The notes beneath the pieces are model-generated. The model was not told where the DNA came from. It saw only the letters and a program-made list of their open reading frames with translations, and did not search any database. Below, piece by piece: positions 8,112-15,914 of a stretch of DNA of 64,000 bases (positions within the stretch are counted from its first letter, which is position 1; the number at the start of each line of letters is the position of its first letter). The stretch is from a virus: positions 8,349-72,348 of IMG/VR virus record IMGVR_UViG_3300007735_001031. The stretch is one strand, 5' to 3'. Made by a program: the position numbers and the translations under genes.

Positions 8112-8245
8112 AGTCATGCTTCTAAATGTTGCGTAAAGTATCCAGGATTGCGGCTAAAACTATACATAACCTATCATACTAACACAAGCCATTTTCAGCT
8201 CTCGATCTTCAAATGTTCGATTGTCTAGTATAACTACTTCTGGAT

Positions 8246-8321
8246 TGGTGCCGCCAGAGGGAGTCGAACCCCCGACCACATGATTACAAATCAAGTGCTC
8301 TACCAACTGAGCTATGACGGC
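8246..8321 (-). tRNA. tRNA-Thr(TGT)
   Basis: Cloverleaf; anticodon loop TT-TGT-AA; encoded CCA. Confidence 0.93.
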
Positions 8322-8330
8322 TTCTTTTAC

Positions 8331-8531
8331 TCATAGGTCTAGCATAGCAGACCCATATTTCTCGCGCAAGTTATCAAAGAATTGTTTTGAGGCGAGAATG
8401 ATTTTATCTGTATTCAATTTCTTCTTTGCTTTTAGTGTTAATAACTGACCAGCAAACAAAGACATATCAGCCCAACGCGGGGACAAGATATAATATTTCT
8501 CACCATCAAAAATATACTCTATAGTTGTCAT
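8331..8531 (-). CDS. hypothetical protein
   Basis: ORF between tRNAs; ACTACTTA immediately upstream. Confidence 0.55.
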   Translation of the reverse strand: MTTIEYIFDGEKYYILSPRWADMSLFAGQLLTLKAKKKLNTDKIILASKQFFDNLREKYGSAMLDL

Positions 8532-8551
8532 CTTTTTAAGTAGTTATTTTC

Positions 8552-8640
8552 TGGCGGAAACGACAGGATTTGAACCTGTGGAACCAAAAAGGTTCGGCGG
8601 TTTAGCAAACCGCTGCTTTCGGCCACTCAGCCACGTTTCC
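8552..8640 (-). tRNA. tRNA-Ser(GCT)
   Basis: Long variable arm, G73, anticodon GCT, CCA. Confidence 0.93.
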
Positions 8641-8641
8641 A

Positions 8642-9334
8642 TTATCTTAACGCTTCTGTCATCCTTATCGCTGAGTTCCCAACCTTACCATGATACCAAG
8701 GAGAAGTCAAGGGGTGGATCTCCAACAATAAGTTCTTTGACTTCTCAATTCTTTTTACTGAGGTTTGCGTTCCAGTTCCTTTTAAATACCAAATTTCAGT
8801 TCTAATTGGTTGCTTATTCAAACAGCTATTCCAAGCTTTATCTAGCCAATCACCATAAGAAGCATCAGACCAAACAACCCAAGTTGGGTTTAGATTACAA
8901 AGACCACCAGTTTTCGCTGCTTCTGCTATTGCTTTACCGCCGCGAGAGTGTCCGACAATAACTAGATTTATTCTCTTATTTGTTTCTGGAACAACTTTTA
9001 ATGCTGCTCTTACAAACTTTTCAAAGGAATCTTTTTGAGTCCAAGCATGTTGCCCATGCGGCTCAATAAGTCTTGTGCTCCAAGGTAATTCTGGATGAAT
9101 CCATGTAAAAGATTTCTTCTCTTGAACTAGCCATTTAATAGATGGTGCCGTTCTTTCTTCAAATTCATCTTTATCAAAACCATTCATTCCATGAAACCAA
9201 ACAATAATATTATGTTGTTTAGCCTCTGGAACTTCGTGATGAACTAGAACCACTCCTCTATAATCATTCTCGACCATGGAACCAGTCCAAGTCCATAAGT
9301 GAAGAGGTAATAATAATTTTAATAATATACTCAC
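8642..9334 (-). CDS. alpha/beta-hydrolase-fold protein, possibly exported
   Basis: WFHG, nucleophile elbow GHSRG, C-terminal His; hydrophobic N-terminus. Confidence 0.75.
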   Translation of the reverse strand: MSILLKLLLPLHLWTWTGSMVENDYRGVVLVHHEVPEAKQHNIIVWFHGMNGFDKDEFEERTAPSIKWLVQEKKSFTWIHPELPWSTRLIEPHGQHAWTQKDSFEKFVRAALKVVPETNKRINLVIVGHSRGGKAIAEAAKTGGLCNLNPTWVVWSDASYGDWLDKAWNSCLNKQPIRTEIWYLKGTGTQTSVKRIEKSKNLLLEIHPLTSPWYHGKVGNSAIRMTEALR

Positions 9335-9540
9335 TTTTCTCTTTTAGCTCTAATTGAATTTAGCCAATCTGATGTAGAATCCAAATCAAATGGCTTAGGA
9401 ATTGGTAGGAAAGGAAATACGGCATGAAGAAAATAAATTATTGCTGACATTCCAAGCCTGTAAGTTCCCTTCCAAGCAATAAGCAAATGCTCTAAATATG
9501 TTTCTCCAACTGAATGTGGATGCTTTGTAAAAGGATTCAT
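9331..9540 (-). CDS. DUF6356-like small membrane protein
   Basis: NPFTKHPHSVGETYLEH...HAVFPF pattern. Confidence 0.75.
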   Translation of the reverse strand: MNPFTKHPHSVGETYLEHLLIAWKGTYRLGMSAIIYFLHAVFPFLPIPKPFDLDSTSDWLNSIRAKREK

Positions 9541-9552
9541 TTTATTCTCCTT

Positions 9553-9641
9553 TGGCGGAAGCTAAGAGATTCGAACTCCTGGATGCTTTTAACATCGACG
9601 GTTTTCTAGACCGTTGCCATAAACCACTCGGCCAAACTTCC
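9553..9641 (-). tRNA. tRNA-Ser(AGA)
   Basis: Stem ACGGT/ACCGT, loop CT-AGA-AA, long variable arm, G73, CCA. Confidence 0.9.
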
Positions 9642-9649
9642 GTTGTTAT

Positions 9650-9913
9650 TTACTTTTCGTGGAAATCAACTGATTCGATTGCTACCAAAGTGATGGGAGT
9701 TGATGGATCCAATAAGCCCTGAGCTGTTCTATAAACTGAAGTTCCATTCTCTCCAAGTTCAACAACTTTATAACAACCTGGATTTGCTTCATCTGGAAAA
9801 TCCACTAGAATTACCAACTTATTACCCAATCTGGATGGGATCATAAAACAATCTCCAACTGCCGCATCAGATAGAACTTTTGGGCTTGAAGGTGTAACGT
9901 TATTAATATGCAT
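9650..9913 (-). CDS. hypothetical protein
   Basis: SD AGGAG upstream. Confidence 0.7.
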   Translation of the reverse strand: MHINNVTPSSPKVLSDAAVGDCFMIPSRLGNKLVILVDFPDEANPGCYKVVELGENGTSVYRTAQGLLDPSTPITLVAIESVDFHEK

Positions 9914-9943
9914 ATTAAATGTCTCCTATGACATAATAAGTAG

Positions 9944-10027
9944 TGGAGGAAGAGAGATTCGAACTCCCTAGCCGACAAAGGAACAGATTTACAGTCTGCC
10001 GCAACCCGCCATCGTTGCCGTTCCTCC
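9944..10027 (-). tRNA. tRNA-Tyr(GTA)
   Basis: Anticodon loop CT-GTA-AA, variable arm, unusual 5-bp D-stem, no encoded CCA. Confidence 0.85.
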
Positions 10028-10036
10028 AATATTTAG

Positions 10037-10121
10037 TGCTCCCGGTGAGAATCGAACTCACAAGACCCAAAGGGTCGGCAGATTTTAAGTCTGCTGCGTC
10101 TACCTGTTTCGCCACAAGAGC
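10037..10121 (-). tRNA. tRNA-Leu(TAA)
   Basis: Cloverleaf, loop CT-TAA-AA, variable arm. Confidence 0.92.
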
Positions 10122-10133
10122 ATTAACTTTCAG

Positions 10134-10213
10134 TGCGTCGGGAGAGACTTGAACTCTCACTCCAAAGGAAGCGGATTTTGAGTCCGCCGCGTCTACCATT
10201 CCACCACCAACGC
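10134..10213 (-). tRNA. tRNA-Leu(CAA)
   Basis: Cloverleaf, loop CT-CAA-AA. Confidence 0.92.
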
Positions 10214-10221
10214 ATGTGAAC

Positions 10222-10250
10222 AGTATAGCTGGTCTTTAATTAGCTGTCAA
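10222..10250 (-). promoter_or_regulatory. sigma70 promoter of tRNA operon
   Basis: TTGACA-gctaattaaagaccagc(17)-TATACT. Confidence 0.8.
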
Positions 10251-10254
10251 GTCA

Positions 10255-11136
10255 TTATTTAACGTTTGCAATTATTGCAGACAACTGCGAAAAACTTAAC
10301 CTTTTTCTATACTTTCCAGACTTCATCATAGACTTAAATGATGTTAGATAAAAATCATTAGTAGAGCGTCTCCAGTCTGAAATAAATTCGTTTATTTTTT
10401 GACAATCTAACTGTTTTTCCGAGAAAAATAGAGCATAATTTCTAGAAGTATTTTTTAAGAATTTTTTTCTATCAAAAGAATCATCAACTTCAGAGATGCT
10501 CAGATTTTCTTTATCTGTTCTATCAATTGCCGATAAGACATAATTTCCATGTGCTACATTAAATTTTAATTTTGAATCACCGGAAAGATTGTTCTCTTTA
10601 ATTTCTTTGCCATTTACAAAGATCTTTGTTTCACATTTATCTGGACCGAAATATGCAACTCCGACTGGATTATCTGTGTCGTCAAACAATTGATAATCTA
10701 GCTTATCCCATGCAATTAATCTATCTTGAAATTTATTTAAGCCATAGTATGTAGATGGAATAATTGCAGCAACGTACTCGCAATTATTCAACATTAATTG
10801 AATGCAGTCAAGATAAAGATCTTCGTTTTTCATTGAAACGGATAACTTCAACCTGCTGGCACTATTTTTTGCCAAATATGGTGGATTTGTTATGCAAACT
10901 TTATAACCAATTGGAAAATTACTTATCGTATCTCTTAATTTAATTGACGGATGATTGGGCTCAATATCAAACCCAACCCAGCTTTCTGGAAGAAAATTGA
11001 ATAGATTGCCTGCCCCAGCGAACGGCTCTAATACTTCAGCCCCTTGCGGGCGAACAGAGTTCCATAAAGAAAAAGCATCCCCAATAAATGGGTTTTTAGT
11101 CGTATAAAATTGACCAAGCTTTTTCTTTTTAGACAT
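10255..11136 (-). CDS. N6-adenine DNA methyltransferase (gamma class)
   Basis: LGQFYT, LEPFAGAG (motif I), TNPPY (motif IV). Confidence 0.88.
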   Translation of the reverse strand: MSKKKKLGQFYTTKNPFIGDAFSLWNSVRPQGAEVLEPFAGAGNLFNFLPESWVGFDIEPNHPSIKLRDTISNFPIGYKVCITNPPYLAKNSASRLKLSVSMKNEDLYLDCIQLMLNNCEYVAAIIPSTYYGLNKFQDRLIAWDKLDYQLFDDTDNPVGVAYFGPDKCETKIFVNGKEIKENNLSGDSKLKFNVAHGNYVLSAIDRTDKENLSISEVDDSFDRKKFLKNTSRNYALFFSEKQLDCQKINEFISDWRRSTNDFYLTSFKSMMKSGKYRKRLSFSQLSAIIANVK

Positions 11137-11656
11137 TTGCAGTTGCTTCCTTTAATGGACCAATATAAAACTTTTCTTTTAATTCTTGCGGAATTAAATC
11201 ATTCATTCTTTGCCAATGTTTAGAAAGTAATTCTCCATCTAGAATGAACAAAAATTTGTCTACCTTAATTTTATTATCAAGACTTACAGATTTTATACAT
11301 GCTTTAATATGCCAATAAACTTCCTTGATTGATCTATTCTGAGATCCACCATTTTCTGGAATCATTTTAAATGAAACTACACACTCTTTTCCATTTTTGG
11401 TGAAAACTCCATCAAAATCTTCAGACCATACGGATGGATCTAGTTCCTGCATGGAACTTTTTACAATTTTAATCTCTCCGGAGTCAATATTAACTCTAAT
11501 ATCTTTTTTCTTTTTAATTTGTACACCAAGGTGTTTTTCTAAATAATCTTTTTGAAATTTTTCATCTTCAGATTTACCTCTTCCATTTGAGATAATTTCC
11601 GATCTTAGTTTTTTTGTAAAAATTTTTGGAATTTCTTGTAAAACGTTGTCGCTCAT
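11129..11656 (-). CDS. putative PD-(D/E)xK restriction endonuclease
   Basis: EDFDG...SFKMI..GGSQ and FILDG pattern; overlaps the MTase start. Confidence 0.55.
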   Translation of the reverse strand: MSDNVLQEIPKIFTKKLRSEIISNGRGKSEDEKFQKDYLEKHLGVQIKKKKDIRVNIDSGEIKIVKSSMQELDPSVWSEDFDGVFTKNGKECVVSFKMIPENGGSQNRSIKEVYWHIKACIKSVSLDNKIKVDKFLFILDGELLSKHWQRMNDLIPQELKEKFYIGPLKEATANV

Positions 11657-11657
11657 T

Positions 11658-12035
11658 TTATTCTTCCCTCATAATTACCTGACTCAAATCAACTCTTTCA
11701 CCATCTGCATCCCAGCAGCCCCAAAAGTCATGATTGAAGAGATAAAAATATTCAGCCCAAGAATCTCTGCCCGCTCTCATAAAGATTTCAAATGAAGAAT
11801 AAGTATCGGCGTCAACACCAGTTTCTCCACGATCTTTATAAAAGACACACTCATTTAGAGTATGGTCAATAGTACTCATATCGCCACCAGCAAGTAAAGA
11901 ATCTACCTGCGCTTCAGTGATATAACTATCAATTAGAATCTTACCAACATGACCGGGATATCCGTCAAAATGGCAATAGATTGCAGTAATAGTATCATCC
12001 TTGTTGATCTTACCAATAAAACTACGAGTTGCCAT
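11658..12035 (-). CDS. conserved phage protein (MxTRSxIG...YCHxDGYP type)
   Basis: Recognisable N-terminal motif. Confidence 0.75.
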   Translation of the reverse strand: MATRSFIGKINKDDTITAIYCHFDGYPGHVGKILIDSYITEAQVDSLLAGGDMSTIDHTLNECVFYKDRGETGVDADTYSSFEIFMRAGRDSWAEYFYLFNHDFWGCWDADGERVDLSQVIMREE

Positions 12036-12043
12036 TTTATTTC

Positions 12044-12331
12044 CTAAACGGTGAAGGAGTCAAGTCTGTGTTTAATAAATGCGAGGAAAATTACTGTTCC
12101 AAAAGTATATCCAAATCCTTCGAACATCGCAAGCTTTAATTTCTCTTTAATTGTTTTTTCTTCTACAATCAAGAGAATTGGAACCATGCTAACGAAAGGA
12201 TAGGTTAAGTTAGAAAAAATAGCAACTGGATAGGAATTATGGTTTGCCGCATAAGCGCACATATTGAACCAAAATTCAACCAAGACCGCTGAAACAAAGG
12301 CGATGAAATATTTATGTTTTATCCAATTCAT
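12044..12331 (-). CDS. small multi-pass membrane protein
   Basis: Three hydrophobic segments; start at MNWIK (ATG 12331), just 3' of the tRNA-like RNA. Confidence 0.6.
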   Translation of the reverse strand: MNWIKHKYFIAFVSAVLVEFWFNMCAYAANHNSYPVAIFSNLTYPFVSMVPILLIVEEKTIKEKLKLAMFEGFGYTFGTVIFLAFIKHRLDSFTV

Positions 12332-12332
12332 T

Positions 12333-12420
12333 TGGTCCGCGCTGGAGGAGTTGAACCTCGACGGCACCGCCACTCAAGTTTAACCAAAGGTTTATAAGAC
12401 CCCCGAGTGGAGCAGCGCGG
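12333..12420 (-). tRNA. non-canonical tRNA-like RNA, anticodon TAT (Ile)
   Basis: 8-bp acceptor CCGCGCTG/CAGCGCGG+ACCA, 4-bp T-stem with TTCAACT loop, anticodon loop CT-TAT-AA, no D-arm. Confidence 0.7.
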
Positions 12421-12432
12421 CTTGATAGAGAC

Positions 12433-12461
12433 AGTGTAGCCCGTCTCTATTTGGCTGTCAA
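12433..12461 (-). promoter_or_regulatory. sigma70 promoter with -10 in a hairpin loop
   Basis: TTGACA-N17-TACACT; stem arms 12425-12432 and 12443-12450. Confidence 0.75.
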
Positions 12462-12467
12462 GCCTGG

Positions 12468-12782
12468 TTAATATTGACAGGCAACTTCACTTCCATGAAA
12501 ACTTGAATCATTGGGGTCTTTAATCTTAACCGAAAGTAATGGCTTGATTGACTTAAAGAACTCAAACGACTTCTCCGCAACTTCCTTCGCTTGTTCTTCG
12601 CTCGGGCAGGCAAGATCAAAGGCGTTCCAGTAAGTATCGCCCTCGATATGAACATTTACAGAAAACCAATCTTCTTTCTTCTCGCCTCTTGATTTAATCT
12701 CTTGAACCTTTACATGAATACCAGATTCTTCGTCGATAAATTCAAGATCAATTTCTTTTCTCTCTCTTGGTTTAAGTTCCAT
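12468..12782 (-). CDS. hypothetical protein
   Basis: SD AGGAG. Confidence 0.7.
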   Translation of the reverse strand: MELKPRERKEIDLEFIDEESGIHVKVQEIKSRGEKKEDWFSVNVHIEGDTYWNAFDLACPSEEQAKEVAEKSFEFFKSIKPLLSVKIKDPNDSSFHGSEVACQY

Positions 12783-12791
12783 TATTATCTC

Positions 12792-13193
12792 CTATGCTGC
12801 ATGGCCAGCAAAAATATACTTCTCATATCCGCCGTTATCTTGAAGCCACTTCTCCACAATCTGCTTGTCAGCTTCTTCAAGACGACCAATCATATAATCA
12901 TATTCCTTCTTTGTCAAGCGCATCTTATGATTATTCTTAACAAGAGAATACTTGAAATATCCATCAATTCTTTCGATAACAGCATTAGCCGTCTTTGATT
13001 GTCTTTCCTTATCCATCATCATAGTTTCATACTCTCGCATTCTCTTCTGAACATGAATCTTACATAGATCCTCGAGTTCATTAAAAAGTTGCTCGTCGCA
13101 GATATTTGATAGGTGTTGCTTCAATACATCACGGGCAAGCGATGAAATAAAGTTTGTATTATTCAGCACCAGATTCGCGTTTCCCATTTTCAT
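12792..13193 (-). CDS. hypothetical protein (start uncertain)
   Basis: The 5' part of the ORF-track call overlaps the next gene, so the start was trimmed. Confidence 0.5.
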   Translation of the reverse strand: MKMGNANLVLNNTNFISSLARDVLKQHLSNICDEQLFNELEDLCKIHVQKRMREYETMMMDKERQSKTANAVIERIDGYFKYSLVKNNHKMRLTKKEYDYMIGRLEEADKQIVEKWLQDNGGYEKYIFAGHAA

Positions 13194-13551
13194 ATCCTTC
13201 ATCATATCCTTCTTTGCGCCCTTCTTCTTTTCCATCTTCCCAGCCACGATCATAACCAGAATCACGACCTTCGCTTGCTCCTTCCTGATATCCATTATCA
13301 TACGCATCTTCGCGCTCTGATTCAATAATGCTATCGATGGTTTCTTCAAACTCTATTACATGATAGATTCTAGCATCGGGAAAATCTTTATCCGGGTTTT
13401 TATGTTTCCACTCAACCTTAGCCTCGTAATTCAATTGCTCAGCATAAGCAGCAGCAATATCATAATCGGTAAATACCTTTTTAATATCATTAAATGGACT
13501 TGCGATGTATCCATTACGGACAAAGTATAGATCCTTAAAATCATAAAGCAT
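13159..13551 (-). CDS. hypothetical protein with GxxxG (FliH/Yae1-like) repeats
   Basis: AYDNGYQEG...GYDEGYENG. Confidence 0.65.
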   Translation of the reverse strand: MLYDFKDLYFVRNGYIASPFNDIKKVFTDYDIAAAYAEQLNYEAKVEWKHKNPDKDFPDARIYHVIEFEETIDSIIESEREDAYDNGYQEGASEGRDSGYDRGWEDGKEEGRKEGYDEGYENGKRESGAE

Positions 13552-13692
13552 TTAATACCAGCAATCTTGTAGGAGTATTGTTCTTGTTTGAAGCTGTTTG
13601 GGAAGCATTCTTTTCCCTCTCCAGCAATAATACATCATCTTGTGTCTTGAATGATAATAAACTCTAAAGGTTATTGTTTTTACCTTTGGCAT
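13552..13692 (-). CDS. 46-aa micro-protein (array family, dispersed)
   Basis: MPKVKTITFRVYYHSRHKMMYYCWRGK...; ATG shares its A with the tRNA-Ala CCA. Confidence 0.5.
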   Translation of the reverse strand: MPKVKTITFRVYYHSRHKMMYYCWRGKRMLPKQLQTRTILLQDCWY

Positions 13693-13765
13693 GGTGGACA
13701 GTGAGGGAATCGAACCCTCGATCTCGGCTTGCAAAGCCGATGTTATCCCGTTTAACTAACCGCCC
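13692..13765 (-). tRNA. tRNA-Ala(TGC)
   Basis: G3.U70, loop TT-TGC-AA, CCA. Confidence 0.92.
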
Positions 13766-13769
13766 TTTA

Positions 13770-13846
13770 TGGTCGGCGTTGAGGGATTTGAACCCCCGAC
13801 AGCTTGCTCCCAAAGCAAGTGCGCTACCAGACTGCGCTAAACGCCG
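13770..13846 (-). tRNA. tRNA-Pro(TGG)
   Basis: C1-G72, loop TT-TGG-GA, CCA. Confidence 0.93.
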
Positions 13847-13854
13847 TTATGTTT

Positions 13855-13929
13855 TGGAGCGGGTAATGGGATTCGAACCCATGACGAACAGCTTGGAAGG
13901 CTGACACTCTACCCCTGAGTTATACCCGC
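13855..13929 (-). tRNA. tRNA-Gly(TCC)
   Basis: GCGGG start, U73, anticodon TCC, CCA. Confidence 0.93.
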
Positions 13930-13942
13930 ATACCATGAGACT

Positions 13943-13971
13943 AGCATAACTAGTCTCTGGTTTTAAGTCAA
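13943..13971 (-). promoter_or_regulatory. sigma70 promoter overlapping a hairpin
   Basis: TTGACT-N17-TATGCT; stem arms 13937-13944 and 13950-13957. Confidence 0.7.
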
Positions 13972-13980
13972 GTCCAAAAA

Positions 13981-14370
13981 TTAATCCCACCAATTACGCA
14001 TATTATTCTTCAGATAATCAAAGGCTCTGTTCCAGCGATCTTCTTCAATCTCAACAGCGCAAGCAGAAATCTTTCTCGCATCTTCTCTATCATCAGAGAA
14101 AACAGAAAGACCAAGTTCCTTTTCCGCAACCTCAATACTATTTTCGTGTTCGTTCATCAGAGCGAGATAAATATCAATCTGTCCCGCAGATTCGATAGAA
14201 CGATCCATCATCGCATCATCGCTTCTCATATATTCCGCAGTAAGTTCAAGAGAACGATTAAGCATCTTGAGATTGCAACCATAATCATAACGGCGGAAAT
14301 CCCATAGTTGCTTACGGAAAGCCCACAGGTTCTTGATGAAATGCTTGATACTGCGGAAGAACTGGAACAT
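13981..14370 (-). CDS. conserved phage hypothetical protein
   Basis: IKNLWAFRKQLW...DY and C-terminal MRNWWD pattern. Confidence 0.75.
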   Translation of the reverse strand: MFQFFRSIKHFIKNLWAFRKQLWDFRRYDYGCNLKMLNRSLELTAEYMRSDDAMMDRSIESAGQIDIYLALMNEHENSIEVAEKELGLSVFSDDREDARKISACAVEIEEDRWNRAFDYLKNNMRNWWD

Positions 14371-14371
14371 T

Positions 14372-14485
14372 TTATAACTCCGTACAACTTCTTTTGGTTA
14401 TATAGAACATGATTCCATCACTGCTTACAAACCAATCTTGATATAATCTACCATTATTTACATGCGTTCGTAGTTGAATTACCAC
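14372..14485 (-). CDS. 37-aa micro-protein (array family, dispersed)
   Basis: GTG start; MVIQLRTHVNNGRLYQDWFVSSDGIMFYITKRSCTEL fills the intergenic gap exactly. Confidence 0.5.
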   Translation of the reverse strand: MVIQLRTHVNNGRLYQDWFVSSDGIMFYITKRSCTEL

Positions 14486-14742
14486 GGCAGATCATCTTGT
14501 TCTTGATTAAGCCAGGGGGTAATAATCTTACCTTCTTCCATGCAGCGCTTTAGGAACGAGTCAATACCTACACCAACTTCTCCACCAACCTCGCCCCAAT
14601 CAGAAACCTTGCCTTCCGCATCGCACTTGAATACGAGGGTTTCAACTGGCTGGACGAAATCGGAACTCTGTGAAATAAGATAGTTCTTACCTTCCTGCTC
14701 CACAATCGTCTGCCGATAATCAATATGCTTAACAATCTTCAT
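14479..14742 (-). CDS. hypothetical protein
   Basis: Start MKIVKH with GAGGAG SD; ETLVFKCD...WGE. Confidence 0.65.
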   Translation of the reverse strand: MKIVKHIDYRQTIVEQEGKNYLISQSSDFVQPVETLVFKCDAEGKVSDWGEVGGEVGVGIDSFLKRCMEEGKIITPWLNQEQDDLPW

Positions 14743-15037
14743 TTGAAATAATCTCCTCTCCGTTTTGAACTTTAAATACTTGGAACATAGCGATTTCTTC
14801 GCTGTTGAAATCGTTGGTGCGAACAGACATAACCACATCATAATAGATGAAATCGCCTTCACGAATGTTCGTAACCACGCCACAACGATCAAGTCCGTTT
14901 GGATCAAACCAAATCATCGAACCAATCTGAACATGCTTCGGATCAACGAACTTCCACGGCTCGTCGTCAAGAAAATATTGACGCTCGCCAGTTTCTTCGT
15001 TCTCCATAATCTTGTATGTAATATCCTTGGGATCCAT
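14729..15037 (-). CDS. hypothetical protein
   Basis: ORF track, operon packing. Confidence 0.65.
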   Translation of the reverse strand: MDPKDITYKIMENEETGERQYFLDDEPWKFVDPKHVQIGSMIWFDPNGLDRCGVVTNIREGDFIYYDVVMSVRTNDFNSEEIAMFQVFKVQNGEEIISNEDC

Positions 15038-15038
15038 T

Positions 15039-15227
15039 TTAACCTACCATCTGAAGCTTAAGAAATTTCCAGTTGCCACCGTGTCTTTCACGGAGGGTAT
15101 GCTGAAGTTCAAAACAATATGAAGCAACCTCTCGCCAATCAATTGACTTGCGGATTTCCTTATGCATTTGTCCTGTCTCTTCCATAAAGAACTCAACTTG
15201 ATACTCTCTCATTTCACTTCTCCACAC
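15039..15227 (-). CDS. hypothetical protein
   Basis: ORF track, operon packing; true start probably MREYQ. Confidence 0.55.
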   Translation of the reverse strand: MWRSEMREYQVEFFMEETGQMHKEIRKSIDWREVASYCFELQHTLRERHGGNWKFLKLQMVG

Positions 15228-15424
15228 TTGAAAATTCCCTTGACGGCATCCTTGCTTCCAATATACATGTAAGCACCCTTGTTATAGGCCGGAGCCGTAC
15301 AGGTAGCTTTGTAAGCTTTCTCTGCTTCTGCGTGCTTCTGTCCGCAATCAAGGCAGGAAATGTAGCCAAGGTCAAAACGCTTCTTGGAATAATCTTCACC
15401 ACAATAACGGCAGACAGCAAACAT
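15209..15424 (-). CDS. small zinc-finger protein
   Basis: CRYC...CLDC and P.YNKGAY. Confidence 0.7.
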   Translation of the reverse strand: MFAVCRYCGEDYSKKRFDLGYISCLDCGQKHAEAEKAYKATCTAPAYNKGAYMYIGSKDAVKGIFKCGEVK

Positions 15425-15645
15425 TACAGATACTCCCTCAGCAACTCATAAGCAAACGCCGGGTAAGCGTTGGTATAATCTTCCACATCCCAAGTAGATG
15501 GGCTGGTAATGATATTCACCGAACCCGTTTCATGAACATAACCTTCACCATTGGAAGCCTTTTCCATCGCGCTCCATTCGTCATCAGCCTCGACAACAAA
15601 AGGAGTAATCTTCTGCTCTACAACATTCACAATAAACTTCTTCAT
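15424..15645 (-). CDS. hypothetical protein
   Basis: SD GGAGG; VEADDEWSAMEKA pattern. Confidence 0.7.
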   Translation of the reverse strand: MKKFIVNVVEQKITPFVVEADDEWSAMEKASNGEGYVHETGSVNIITSPSTWDVEDYTNAYPAFAYELLREYL

Positions 15646-15653
15646 TGTTCCTC

Positions 15654-15914
15654 CTAATCGAACAGGGTGATCTGCTGCTCACTCAACTGGTACATCTTCG
15701 CATCGAGCGAGTTGTCTGTCAAGACCCGATAAAGATATTCGTTTTGCCGCTTTAGATATTCCACTTCGGCAATAACCAAACCTTCGTCGCCAACCAAACA
15801 AATTTCATCTATATCAAGCTTCTTATCTTCTCCGTCCTTCATATTAAAGACCATACACGGCTCAATAACACGAACAACATCACCGATCTTGAACTGTGGT
15901 TCTAGCTTCTTCAT
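15654..15914 (-). CDS. SH3/KOW-like small protein
   Basis: FKIGDVVRV motif. Confidence 0.65.
   Translation of the reverse strand: MKKLEPQFKIGDVVRVIEPCMVFNMKDGEDKKLDIDEICLVGDEGLVIAEVEYLKRQNEYLYRVLTDNSLDAKMYQLSEQQITLFD

Noticed and set aside
7932-13904. ORFs 7932-8117, 8578-8805, 9841-10029, 9915-10199, 9943-10152 and 13674-13904
   Set aside because: They overlap tRNA or tRNA-like genes and translate tRNA sequence.
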